From assembly GCA_013205405.1 (NCBI GenBank), contig JABMMZ010000078.1, forward strand, positions 2,616-66,615: 64,000 bases of DNA. The letters run 5' to 3'. This document shows, piece by piece, positions 39,301 through 48,876 of the stretch. Both the position numbers and the translations under genes were made by a program. The stretch's first letter is position 1. Every line of letters begins with the position of its first letter. The DNA comes from Bacteroidota bacterium (lineage in GTDB: Bacteria; Bacteroidota; Bacteroidia; NS11-12g; UBA955). The notes under the pieces were generated by a model. It did not search any database. It worked only from the letters and a program-made list of their open reading frames with translations, and was not told the origin of the DNA.

Positions 39301-41552
39301 CTACCTGCAAAAGCAACTGTAGCGCCTCCATAAGGTAATGTGCTTCCAGTAAAGCCAGCTAATTTAGTTCCTCCGGGATATTTTCCTCTATAAATAATTA
39401 TACTATCATATCTAAATTCATAATCCAAATCATAAAATTTTATCTTTATGGAATCTGCTCCTGGAATACTTATTCTTAAATTAGAATTAAAGGATTGTTT
39501 ATACTTTCCTTCGCCAGCTTCATCATACACAAAAGAGTTACATTTACTAGTACTGTCATTTCCATTTAAAGGCATTAATTCGGCATTACAAATATCAAAA
39601 GTAGAATCAACAACTACATAAGCTGTTTTAGTTAAACTATCTGACCTATTTTTAAAACAACTGGCAACTACTAATTTAATGGTAAATGAGCCATAAGTAG
39701 AATAAGTATGGTTAGTGTTATAAAGACTTGAAACTACTCCATCTCCAAAATACCATTTCGCACTTTTAGCATTAGTACTAAAATTTAAGAACTTAACTAG
39801 GTTATTTTTATTGCAAACAATTGTATCTGCAATAAAATCGGCTTTAACATAGCCACTATCATATTTAGCACCTACATTGCAAGCATGCCAGGCATTAGTT
39901 ACTGCAATAACTTCTTTAGAACAATTGCCATACAAATCTGTAGCCGAACGAATAGAATAGAATCGCGCATCTGAATATTGGGAAGAAGGTGTTAGATATA
40001 CGGTAAGGTTTCTGTAAGCTATTTGCTCTGCTTTTAAAATACCCAAACTATCTACTTTGTAGCTATTGGAAGCATCATTAGTACCTGTGCCTCCTTCTGT
40101 AATTAAATAGAACCACCAATTTTGAACACCACTGTTTAAATGTACACCGCCATTATCGCCTGAGCCATAGTACCAGTTTAAACTTTTATAACATCTTGGA
40201 TGACCTTTTAATGTTGGATTTTTCATGTTTCTAAGCCCTGTTCCACTAAAGGTTATCTCCTCTCCTATTATCCAACTGTAACTGCTTGGTTTGGCATATC
40301 TTTCAACCGCATTTCCAAAAATATCAGAAAAAGATTCATTTAAAGCACCCGATTCGTAACTGTAAACTAAATTGGCTGAATTAGTGGTTACTGCATGGGC
40401 AATTTCATGACCACAAACATCAACAGAGGTAAGTGGTTTAAAAGAGCTTCCATCGCCATAAGTCATGTATAATCCGTTCCAAAATGCATTATCATAATTA
40501 CTAGAATAATGCACATAACTGGTTATTTTAGCATTATTATTATCATAACTATTTCTATTGAATCTAGCTTTAAAAAAATCAAAAGTTTTACCTGCTCCCC
40601 AATGGCAATCTGTTGCAACTTCGTCTTTTGCAGCGTTTACATTGTTCCAATTATTATCTGCATCTGTAAAATCAACTGCTGCGCCATAACTTGTTCCTGT
40701 TTTTAAATTCAAGGTAGTTACTCCATTCCCTCTGGTAGTTTCACGAAGTCTATAATTCCCTGGCGCTGTACTATCTGTAGTAATGGCTTGAGAGCCACTG
40801 TATTTAGTACTGGCTACTCCATTAACATTGGTTGTGTGTATTAAATTTTCACGTGCTACAATTTTGCCATTTTCAGCATCTATGTATATATTTTCGGCTA
40901 TCAAAGGTTTATCAGCATAAATCTTAAATTTATAAGCTAAACATAATTTAGGATTATTGTAATTTAAATCTGATGGGCAATAAACCAACTCTCCTATTGG
41001 ATACCAGGAGGCTGTGATATCATTTTTCAATTCTTTTATCGACAATTCTTCTTCGGGTACTTGCCATTTATAAATATCAGCATGAATAGAGTCCAAGGCT
41101 ATTTTCAAACAATTTTCAATAGACAAAAGTTGTTTGTTTTCATTCAAACCAATATCATAAATTTCTCCATTAAAAGAATGTAATTTATTATTTTTAAAGT
41201 GAGCAATTATGATACCTCCTAAAACAGGTACACCATTGCAAATTTGCTGAAATCTATAATGCTCAAAGCCTATTTCATCATGTTCTTTTCTAATAAGTTT
41301 AAACCCTTGATTACTTTTAAAATGATAAACCTTTTGAAGATATTTTTCAATTGTAATATCTGAAATATCCGAATGGCTTAATAAAGCATATTGAATATTC
41401 CCTGTAATATTGCTAATTCTAATTATCTCTGCATTGTGTAATTTTTTTTCTGCATTTAGTCCTTCTAATATTTGTCCGTTAGAACTAAAAATAGAAACTA
41501 AACTAAAAAAAACTAAAGTAATAAAATTATATATTTTAAATTTTTTAATCAT
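36324..41552 (-). CDS. M4 (thermolysin) metallopeptidase with PKD, CUB-like domain, 9 Cys-paired repeats and a T9SS type-B CTD
   Basis: FTP/PepSY-like prodomain, NAFWNG, HEIAH, GALNESFSD, GVHLNSG; C-terminal YIPNAISVNNDGFNE…YNRWG…LEIL. Confidence 0.92.
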   Translation of the reverse strand: MIKKFKIYNFITLVFFSLVSIFSSNGQILEGLNAEKKLHNAEIIRISNITGNIQYALLSHSDISDITIEKYLQKVYHFKSNQGFKLIRKEHDEIGFEHYRFQQICNGVPVLGGIIIAHFKNNKLHSFNGEIYDIGLNENKQLLSIENCLKIALDSIHADIYKWQVPEEELSIKELKNDITASWYPIGELVYCPSDLNYNNPKLCLAYKFKIYADKPLIAENIYIDAENGKIVARENLIHTTNVNGVASTKYSGSQAITTDSTAPGNYRLRETTRGNGVTTLNLKTGTSYGAAVDFTDADNNWNNVNAAKDEVATDCHWGAGKTFDFFKARFNRNSYDNNNAKITSYVHYSSNYDNAFWNGLYMTYGDGSSFKPLTSVDVCGHEIAHAVTTNSANLVYSYESGALNESFSDIFGNAVERYAKPSSYSWIIGEEITFSGTGLRNMKNPTLKGHPRCYKSLNWYYGSGDNGGVHLNSGVQNWWFYLITEGGTGTNDASNSYKVDSLGILKAEQIAYRNLTVYLTPSSQYSDARFYSIRSATDLYGNCSKEVIAVTNAWHACNVGAKYDSGYVKADFIADTIVCNKNNLVKFLNFSTNAKSAKWYFGDGVVSSLYNTNHTYSTYGSFTIKLVVASCFKNRSDSLTKTAYVVVDSTFDICNAELMPLNGNDSTSKCNSFVYDEAGEGKYKQSFNSNLRISIPGADSIKIKFYDLDYEFRYDSIIIYRGKYPGGTKLAGFTGSTLPYGGATVAFAGSMFTLRHISDPYVIGRGFKLFYKAIKKPIKIKAFSDTTICYGNSTLLFATGLGGYFKNYLYQWQNIATNDSILVSPLSTKVYKVSLKDVCTQSTDSAQVTVAVRNPLKLSINKDTSICVGQTILLNATAIGGKRAAYTYTWNNGLSNDSSHSVSPNITTTYKVILSDGCTPKNDTASVTITVKAPLQIKINTIDTNICYNKTANLNTNAQGGNGNYSISWSHGLGIGNSKNISLTNSTWISATLTDGCTVLPSKDSVFITVSDPLTVNLNNDSTICNGRSILLNAISNGGKSIDYIYQWSNSLPANSSNIVVPTSKTKYFVTLTDNCSDSAIDSILVDILAPLAIQLTKDTTICIGQSVPLNTFASGGESTNYDYTWTNGLSNLPTHLVSPTITTSYQIVLSDACTVLNDTALVNITVNNPLSLNLSTADSIICYNKNASISSALNGGNGNYTLTWNNGLGIGNSKSINLSYTTWVKAILTDGCTVLPVADSILITVRDPLQVNLNNDTTICKGTFVNLNALADGGNSVNYSYVWSNSLPSTISNSVSPSSTTKYYLTLKDNCSDNAFDSILVNVLPALKISGLKDTAICFGGTANLLPIVNGGKSANYQFQWNNGLGTNLNQLVSPKVTTSYKLLLKDNCTVPYDSMIVNVIVRLPLSINTALTKNSICTGDSSKLSLTLGGGIPSQYEWYIDGVRNFNYVNYFKPVNTKIFNVVLKDNCSENDTNLVNLVVNQSPIIDFKATDTMVCEPGFFQFNNLTTGAVKYLWKFNTKDTSTKTSPNNIFNYPGKFDVSLTATSAMGCKSVLLKNKYVEVIARPRTKFEFTPLNANFLNPVITFKNLSTNFTSFEWDFGDLTKEKDTLNPIHKYAEDTGSYWVILTSKNRLNQCSDSVSMFVQIRDIYALYIPNAISVNNDGFNEELKIVGRGIKTFNLSIYNRWGAKIFNTNSVGTNFNGRTPSGEMMPKGSYLLTLEVKDIFGKVHYVKQTLEIL

Positions 41553-41620
41553 TAATATTTTTTTGCAATTTACAATTAAAATTTGAAATTAAAAAAAATC
41601 TGAATCATTGGCCAAAATAT

Positions 41621-42169
41621 CTATTTGACTATCCATAACATTGTCATTATTAATAAAGTTCCCGCTACTAAAAAATACTTTATTGGATTGGTTTTATTGG
41701 TGTATTCTAAATTAAAACTATTTTTATAAACACTGATTTTATTTTGATCAGTTTCGGCTTTAATTAATAAATCATAAACCATTAATGTGTTTTTTCTTTT
41801 ACCATCTTGTTTACCTGCATTCCAGTTGGGCATATTACTCACAATTCTTTGGATTTCATTGGCCACCAAACTATTGTCGGTAGAAATTATTTTAAAATCT
41901 TCAACTGTTCCTTTTTTCTCTACTAAAAAAGAAAAATGAACATTGAGTCCATTAACAGGAATATATTGTACGTAATTTGTTTTGTTGAACCCAAGTTCTA
42001 AATAATTAAAAAAGTCATTCTCTGAATCACCAAATAACGGTGGCTTAGTTATAGTGTCCTCAGGCGCAATATATGTGGCAGTATCTTCTGTATTATGATA
42101 CCTTTCAATTTGACTAAATAAACTATTGCTAATATTAAAAATTAGCAACAATATTATACCATACCGCAT
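41621..42169 (-). CDS. TonB C-terminal-domain-like protein
   Basis: PPLF…FLVEKKGTVEDFKI…RIVSNMPNWNAGKQDGK resembles Bacteroidota TonB_C; signal peptide and a C-terminal hydrophobic helix. Confidence 0.7.
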   Translation of the reverse strand: MRYGIILLLIFNISNSLFSQIERYHNTEDTATYIAPEDTITKPPLFGDSENDFFNYLELGFNKTNYVQYIPVNGLNVHFSFLVEKKGTVEDFKIISTDNSLVANEIQRIVSNMPNWNAGKQDGKRKNTLMVYDLLIKAETDQNKISVYKNSFNLEYTNKTNPIKYFLVAGTLLIMTMLWIVK

Positions 42170-42172
42170 ATT

Positions 42173-44884
42173 TTAAATTTTAACAAACATCATTGGCTTG
42201 TATCCATTAAAATGTATAAAATACATTCCACTCGCTAGGTTTTCAATATTAATTTTTTCGTTTTCTAATATTGAACCCTTTTGCTCCACACTGCCGCTAA
42301 TTGAGTAAATTCTAAAATTTACAGCCTCATTCAACTTAACCACACCTTTTACTTGTATTGCAGAATTACTTGGGTTAGGAAAAATATTTAAGCTAGGCAA
42401 AGTTATTTCAGAAATTGAACTCGGTAATATATCAACAAACACAATTGTAGAATCTATACATTCATTTAATAAAGAAGTAAGGGTTAATTTGATTTTATAA
42501 TTACCTACATTAACATATCTATGGGTTACATTTGGAAAAGTACTTTTAAAGCCATCGCCAAAATCCCACTGCAAGGAAGTTACCCCTTGATTAATTGGTG
42601 ATACTTTTACCTGCTGCCATGTTTTAGTTTCAAAAGAAAAACCACTAAATGGTACTGCTAAAACAGTGGGAGTAATAGATAAACGAGGGCCAATACAACC
42701 TGCATAGGTTGGTTCTGCAAAATATTTTTTACCACCTAAAAGAATGTCTGTTGTAAAATTTTTATTAGTTCCTAAAATTTTGGTGCTTGTATCGCTGTCG
42801 TACCAATTTAATGAGCCTAATCCGGTGGTAACACCTTTTAAAATAGCTCTGTTTTTAGCACAAACAGTATCTCCAATGAGTTTAGTTATGATTGGGTAAG
42901 TGTTAACTAGCGCAGTAATAGGTGTTCTTGTAGGGCTTTTACATATTCCACTTCTTGTTTCTACATAATAGGTTTTTGTAGCACTTTCAAACCCAATAAA
43001 TTGTTCACCTTGAATTACTTCTACTCCATTTGTGGCTGCTGTAAACCAATGCGCTGTTCCATAAGGTATTTGGGCTAACATATCTACCAAATTTGCACCT
43101 TTACAAATAGTGTCATTTTGTATTTTTGAAATTCGAGGATAATCTTCAATTTCAATAATTATTTGCTCACGGGTACTACCACATTGTCCATTATAGGCAT
43201 CTACAAAAATGATTTTAGTTTCTCTTTTTGTAGGTGTGAAATTATAACTAGTACCAGTGGTGATTGGTATCCCACCTGAACCTACACTAAACCATCTAAT
43301 AGTTAAACCAGAAGATGCAGATGCTTTTAATGCAACACTTGATGTATTAGCTAAACAAACACTGGTATCATTACTTTTTGTAGGTGATACAGGGGCAACA
43401 TTACCTTTCACAATCGCAATAACTTTAAGTCTTGGCGTTAAAAGACAGCCACCATTATTAGCTTGGGCATACAAAAAAGTATCTTTTAATAAATTGGGTG
43501 TTTGATATACAGCACCAGTAAATACTTTAACTCCTCCTGTAATATCTTTAAACCATTCTACTGAGCCAATATTAGAATTTCCTTTTAGGGTTGCTTTTGA
43601 GCCTGCGCAAATTGTATCGTTAGCAACTGTAAAAGTACTTGGGTAAGTATTTACTGCCAAAATAATAGTGCGCGTAGGGCTTAAGCATCCGCTATTATTA
43701 GCTCTTAAATAAAATGTATCTGTCTTAGTTAGTGGAAATTTTTTATACGTTTTTCCGGTGTAAAATGGCACATTACTATTAGCTGAACTTAACCATTCAT
43801 ATACAACTCCTGTATCATTACTATTAGCCGTATAAGTTGCTGTATCTCCAATACAAGCTTTTGCTGGACCAATTACTTTGGGCATATCTGGTTTAAAATA
43901 CAACCATTTAATTGCAGTATCACTGCAACCATTTTGATTGCCTCTGTAGCCATAAATAAAAGAAATTAATCTAATTTTATAGTTCTGCTTTAATGAATAT
44001 TTTACTTTGTGATCAACAGAAAAAGTATTGCCTGTAAAATTTCCAACATCCCACCAATGGCAATAATAGCCTAAATTATAAAGCAAGTAGCGGTTATACA
44101 TTCTACTGCCCGACATATTGGAGTTAATAGTATTTAAAAACTTGATGGTGTCTGATAAATTATAACAATTATTTTTAATACTAAAATCAGCCCCTAAACT
44201 AAACTTAACGTGCGGATGTAATAATATATCCGCATCAAAACGGACTCCGCCTATGTTTAAATTTCTTCCGCTATACCATAAACCACTTATTGAGCCACAA
44301 TTTAAATTTTCACCCTCTCCATCGCCATTGGCATAACTATTGGTTACTATACCCGAATTTAAGTTAGCACTATCCGATTCTACAGTTAAAATATAGGCAC
44401 TATCCAAAGTAATTGGGGCAAAGGTGGCATGTTTTTCTATATTACTAAGTAAGCCATTGCCAAAGGTAGAATCAATAGTTATAGTATCGCTTCTGAGAGG
44501 CATACCTCTAGGCAAACTATCACTTCCCGCTTTATATACATTGCAAATTAAATTTAATTTTTTTCTTGAAGGAGGATTTGCTGCTACAAATGCATAAAAA
44601 GTAAATCCTGTTAATACTACTGGCTTAGGAGTAGAGTACAATTGACCCAAGCTTCTACCTCTACTCACCGTAATTGTATTAAAAGCAGACCCTTTATATC
44701 TGCCATATTCTATGGTATCTACTGCACATTTTGTTGGATTACTAATGCTACGTTTTGCATTTGAATTATTTACATTGTTACCCATTTTAGGTAAGTTATC
44801 AATAAATTGGTGGTTCGTAGAATTTAATTGACTAAATCCAGAAATAATGGATGATAAAAAACAAATAGTAACAATTTTTCTCAT
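42173..44884 (-). CDS. T9SS type-A CTD protein with tandem Ig-like repeats and a PKD domain
   Basis: Repeats DTIC.G…WF…GG…G..Y.TP…GC…R; WDFGDG PKD; IFPNPS…GMYFIH CTD. Confidence 0.85.
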   Translation of the reverse strand: MRKIVTICFLSSIISGFSQLNSTNHQFIDNLPKMGNNVNNSNAKRSISNPTKCAVDTIEYGRYKGSAFNTITVSRGRSLGQLYSTPKPVVLTGFTFYAFVAANPPSRKKLNLICNVYKAGSDSLPRGMPLRSDTITIDSTFGNGLLSNIEKHATFAPITLDSAYILTVESDSANLNSGIVTNSYANGDGEGENLNCGSISGLWYSGRNLNIGGVRFDADILLHPHVKFSLGADFSIKNNCYNLSDTIKFLNTINSNMSGSRMYNRYLLYNLGYYCHWWDVGNFTGNTFSVDHKVKYSLKQNYKIRLISFIYGYRGNQNGCSDTAIKWLYFKPDMPKVIGPAKACIGDTATYTANSNDTGVVYEWLSSANSNVPFYTGKTYKKFPLTKTDTFYLRANNSGCLSPTRTIILAVNTYPSTFTVANDTICAGSKATLKGNSNIGSVEWFKDITGGVKVFTGAVYQTPNLLKDTFLYAQANNGGCLLTPRLKVIAIVKGNVAPVSPTKSNDTSVCLANTSSVALKASASSGLTIRWFSVGSGGIPITTGTSYNFTPTKRETKIIFVDAYNGQCGSTREQIIIEIEDYPRISKIQNDTICKGANLVDMLAQIPYGTAHWFTAATNGVEVIQGEQFIGFESATKTYYVETRSGICKSPTRTPITALVNTYPIITKLIGDTVCAKNRAILKGVTTGLGSLNWYDSDTSTKILGTNKNFTTDILLGGKKYFAEPTYAGCIGPRLSITPTVLAVPFSGFSFETKTWQQVKVSPINQGVTSLQWDFGDGFKSTFPNVTHRYVNVGNYKIKLTLTSLLNECIDSTIVFVDILPSSISEITLPSLNIFPNPSNSAIQVKGVVKLNEAVNFRIYSISGSVEQKGSILENEKINIENLASGMYFIHFNGYKPMMFVKI

Positions 44885-44938
44885 AATTTATGTAGTTTAA
44901 AAAAACGAATATATCAATTATAATTGAATTTATAAAAT

Positions 44939-45955
44939 TTAGTTTAGAAACTTATCAATTGCCATAATTACGTCATTTTCTAGTATTAAATTTATACAAG
45001 GCATTTCAGGTTGGACGCAATCAATTTGATTACATGGATTACATTTTAAAACATGGTGCAAAACAATGGAATTTTGGGCTCTAGGATAAAAAACATTTGG
45101 AACTCCTGGACCGTACAATGCTATTAATGGCATTTTAAAAACAGAGGCTATTTGCAATGGTCCACTTTCATTGCCAATGTAAAAACTAGCCTTGCTACAT
45201 AGGTAAGAGAACATAGCCAATGAAAATCCATTTGTAAAATAATGTGGCTTAAATTTAATATATTTTTCAATATTTTCATAAGTTTCGTTATCTTCTTGAC
45301 TGCCTGAAAAAATAATTTCTAATTTGTATTTTTCAAATAAATAATTGGCTACAAATGCAAATCTTTCTGCTGGCCATTGTCTTAATTTTCTTCTTGCTCC
45401 GGCATGTATTATTGCAAATTTTGAAATTTTATTGTCTTTTAAAAAACTTTCAACTGTTTTTATATCATTTTGAGAAAAAAATAATTGATGAGTAATAAAG
45501 TTTGCTTTATCGGAGTTAATAATAGGTTTAATTATTTCATAATTAGTGTCAATTTCGTGCAATTGTCGGCCTTTATTTGCCATTCGTACTTCTGCCCTAC
45601 TTAACCTATATTTACCTTTATACAACATAGATTTGAAGAGTGTTTTCCATGTCCCCCTTAACTCTACAACTAAACTATATGATTTATTGTATTTTATCTC
45701 ATCTGTTATAATATGGTCAATATTAGGATCATTTTCTACTAAACTTTTTACAAAAGGTTTGCAAAGTAATTCTATTGGTGCATTTGGAAATTGATTTTTA
45801 AGCAGTTTAAAAACATGCGTACATGCAGCCATATCGCCTATTTCATCTAACTTTACTACTAAAATAGATCTTATAGGAGAATTCAATTTTTGTTTGAAAA
45901 AAAGAATATTTATTATAATATTAGCTGCAAATAATAATTGTTCCTTTCTTACCAT
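44939..45955 (-). CDS. Glycosyltransferase family 9 (heptosyltransferase-like)
   Basis: ILVVKLDEIGD, HAGAR…RQWP, IGNESGP and C.PC…C…C motifs. Confidence 0.9.
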   Translation of the reverse strand: MVRKEQLLFAANIIINILFFKQKLNSPIRSILVVKLDEIGDMAACTHVFKLLKNQFPNAPIELLCKPFVKSLVENDPNIDHIITDEIKYNKSYSLVVELRGTWKTLFKSMLYKGKYRLSRAEVRMANKGRQLHEIDTNYEIIKPIINSDKANFITHQLFFSQNDIKTVESFLKDNKISKFAIIHAGARRKLRQWPAERFAFVANYLFEKYKLEIIFSGSQEDNETYENIEKYIKFKPHYFTNGFSLAMFSYLCSKASFYIGNESGPLQIASVFKMPLIALYGPGVPNVFYPRAQNSIVLHHVLKCNPCNQIDCVQPEMPCINLILENDVIMAIDKFLN

Positions 45956-45958
45956 GTT

Positions 45959-46702
45959 TTAAATTAAGGGATAAATAATTACTTTACTACTTACCGCATC
46001 TGTTTCTATTTTAGGTGTTTGAATATTTAACAAAAATAGATTGTCTTTTATTTGATTATCAACAAAAATAAATTCAGTAATGGTTCTATCCTTTTGTGCT
46101 ATACCGTCTGTTAAAAACCAAGCCTTGTGAGCTACTAACAAACCACCATCGCTTTCTTTATCTATGCTTGGCAGGTCGGTTAAAAGATGTTTAAACCCAA
46201 GAGATTTTAGATAAAATAATGCATCTATTGTAAAAAAAGGTGGATTTGTATTTGAATAATTCATATTCAATTTACTATTAAAATTTGGAATGGTTCTTAT
46301 CAGAATGGCTGTGGCTAGTTCTTTATTTTCAATATGATTTATTACACTTTTTTCAATAATAAAATCTGATTCATTCTGCAAAGGAGAAATGGAGATTAGT
46401 AAGCATAATTGCAACAATGGAATATCAATTTCTAACATGGTAAAATCGACATCAGCAATATGCAAAGCACATTCGGTATGCGTTCCACTGGCATGAGGGT
46501 AATAGGAAATTTTTTCGCAATTAACACTGCCGCCTTTTTTTATATTTCCAACAAATTCAGTACTTTCAAAATACTCAAACTCCGGATTATTTAAATAGTA
46601 ACAGTTTACATTGTTTTTTTTATAAATGCCTAAAGTTAAATCATAAAAAACTTCATCATTTATTGTAAAAAATTTTTCATTCTTTTTTAAAGAAAGTATC
46701 AT
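45959..46702 (-). CDS. Cyclase family protein (kynurenine formamidase-like)
   Basis: PHASGTHTEC..H, DLPSID and TITEF motifs. Confidence 0.88.
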   Translation of the reverse strand: MILSLKKNEKFFTINDEVFYDLTLGIYKKNNVNCYYLNNPEFEYFESTEFVGNIKKGGSVNCEKISYYPHASGTHTECALHIADVDFTMLEIDIPLLQLCLLISISPLQNESDFIIEKSVINHIENKELATAILIRTIPNFNSKLNMNYSNTNPPFFTIDALFYLKSLGFKHLLTDLPSIDKESDGGLLVAHKAWFLTDGIAQKDRTITEFIFVDNQIKDNLFLLNIQTPKIETDAVSSKVIIYPLI

Positions 46703-46767
46703 AGGGAAGCGAAAGTAATAAATTTTACACGTTTATACCTTATTTTTGAATTTTTAATTTCAAAAAT

Positions 46768-47937
46768 TTGAATTTTAGTTTAAAACAATATATTAAATTT
46801 ACCTTGCTGCTATTGGCATTGGGCATTGGATTATTCTCCTTGTACTACACTGACAATATGGTGAAAAAAATTGCAATAGAGGAACGCAAAAAGATAAGTC
46901 AATGGGCAGAAGCAATGGAAGCATTGTCTAAATATGACCCAAGGGGTGAAATGAATATTGACATTACTTTCTATGCTAAAATTATAGAGTCAAATACTAC
47001 AATTCCAGTTATTTTGGCAGACAGTAAAGGAATAATTACCAACAGAAATATAGACTCATCAATTTCAAAAAACGATAACCTTTTAAATGCTTATTTTAAG
47101 AAATTAAAAGAAAACTCAGACCCTATTAAAATTAAAATTGCTGAAGATGATTACCAATATGTGTATTACGATGATTCAAGTATTTTAAAACAATTAAAAG
47201 TATATCCATTTTACCAATTAGGCATTGTTGGCTTATTTGTTGTGGTTAGCTACTTTGCATTTAGCTATAGCAGAAAATCGGAGCAAAATCAAGTATGGGT
47301 AGGCTTAGCAAAAGAAACAGCGCATCAACTTGGCACCCCTATGAGTTCATTAATGGCTTGGGTAGATTTAATGTCTTTAGACAAAGAACAAGCCAATGAA
47401 CAGACTTATGATGAAATGCGTAAGGATTTGGACAGACTTAAAGTAATAACCGAACGTTTTTCTAAAATTGGATCTGTACCTGTTTTAAAAGAAGAAAACT
47501 TAATTTCTATTTTAAACCATTGTGTCGACTATATGAAAACAAGGAGTGCTGAAACAGTTAACTTCCATTTAATTGAAAATGATGAAGATTATATTGTATC
47601 ATTGAATGTACCATTATTTGAATGGGTAATTGAAAATTTAATAAAAAATGCCATAGATGCAATGGAAGGAGTAGGTAGTATAACATTTACAACGAGAAAA
47701 AAAGGTGATCATATAATTATTGATATTTCTGATACTGGAAAAGGCATGTCTAAAAGATTATTTAAACGAGTATTTAATCCCGGTTTTACGACTAAAAAAA
47801 GAGGTTGGGGCTTAGGCTTATCTTTAGTTAAACGTATTATTTTGAATTACCATAAAGGGAATATCTTTGTAAAAGAAAGCATACCAAATAAACGCACTAC
47901 TTTTAGAATAATTTTAAAAAATAGAGCCTTAGCTTAA
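46768..47937 (+). CDS. Sensor histidine kinase
   Basis: Two TM segments; H-box ETAHQLGTP; ENLIKNAIDA, DTGKG and GWGLGL. Confidence 0.94.
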   Translation: MNFSLKQYIKFTLLLLALGIGLFSLYYTDNMVKKIAIEERKKISQWAEAMEALSKYDPRGEMNIDITFYAKIIESNTTIPVILADSKGIITNRNIDSSISKNDNLLNAYFKKLKENSDPIKIKIAEDDYQYVYYDDSSILKQLKVYPFYQLGIVGLFVVVSYFAFSYSRKSEQNQVWVGLAKETAHQLGTPMSSLMAWVDLMSLDKEQANEQTYDEMRKDLDRLKVITERFSKIGSVPVLKEENLISILNHCVDYMKTRSAETVNFHLIENDEDYIVSLNVPLFEWVIENLIKNAIDAMEGVGSITFTTRKKGDHIIIDISDTGKGMSKRLFKRVFNPGFTTKKRGWGLGLSLVKRIILNYHKGNIFVKESIPNKRTTFRIILKNRALA

Positions 47938-47971
47938 TTAAAACCTTTTAAAAAAATCTATATTCGCAGAT

Positions 47972-48820
47972 ATGCATTTGTATACTATTGAAACCGGCAA
48001 TTTTAAATTAGATGGTGGCGCCATGTTTGGCGTGGTGCCAAAAACTATTTGGCAAAATATAAACCCTGCAGACCATAACAATATGTGTAGTTGGGCTATG
48101 CGTTGTTTGCTGATTGAAGATGGTAAAAGACTTATACTTATTGATAATGGCATTGGCAATAAACAAAGTGAAAAATTTTATGGTTTTTATTATTTACATG
48201 GAGATTCTACTTTAGAAAATTCTCTGAATAAACTTGGATTTAGTAAAGATGATATTACAGATGTTATACTTACCCATTTACACTTTGATCATTGTGGCGG
48301 AAGTATTGAGTGGAATAACGACAGAACAAAATATAAAACTGCTTTTAGAAATGCTACTTATTGGAGCAATGCAGAACATTGGGCGCATGCTATTAATCCG
48401 AACCCTAGAGAAAAACCAAGTTTTTTAACCGAAAATATAATACCAATTCAAGAAAGTGGCCAATTAAAATTAGTATCACACCCAAATGAAATAGCAGATT
48501 TTATTCATTTAAAAAATGTATATGGCCATACCGAGGCTATGATGCTGCCTCACATAAAATACAAAGGTGAAACTATTGTTTTTTGTGCAGATTTAATACC
48601 ATCAATTGGTCATTTACCTGTAAATTATGTAATGGCCTACGATATTAAACCATTAGACAGCATGAGAGATAAACAAATCTTTATGAAAGAGGCATTGGAT
48701 AATAATTTTATTCTCTTTTTTGAGCATGACAACAAAAATGAATGTTGTACAATAGCCAAAAATGAAAAAGGGCAATATATTTCGAAAGATATTTTCAAAA
48801 TAGAAAGTATTGTTTTGTAA
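47972..48820 (+). CDS. MBL-fold metallo-hydrolase (YtnP-like)
   Basis: LDGGAMFGVVPK, THLHFDHCGG and FEHD motifs. Confidence 0.92.
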   Translation: MHLYTIETGNFKLDGGAMFGVVPKTIWQNINPADHNNMCSWAMRCLLIEDGKRLILIDNGIGNKQSEKFYGFYYLHGDSTLENSLNKLGFSKDDITDVILTHLHFDHCGGSIEWNNDRTKYKTAFRNATYWSNAEHWAHAINPNPREKPSFLTENIIPIQESGQLKLVSHPNEIADFIHLKNVYGHTEAMMLPHIKYKGETIVFCADLIPSIGHLPVNYVMAYDIKPLDSMRDKQIFMKEALDNNFILFFEHDNKNECCTIAKNEKGQYISKDIFKIESIVL

Positions 48821-48876
48821 GTATTTAGGTATTTATATTTTAAAATTTAAACTTTTAATTTTATATTTGTAATATA

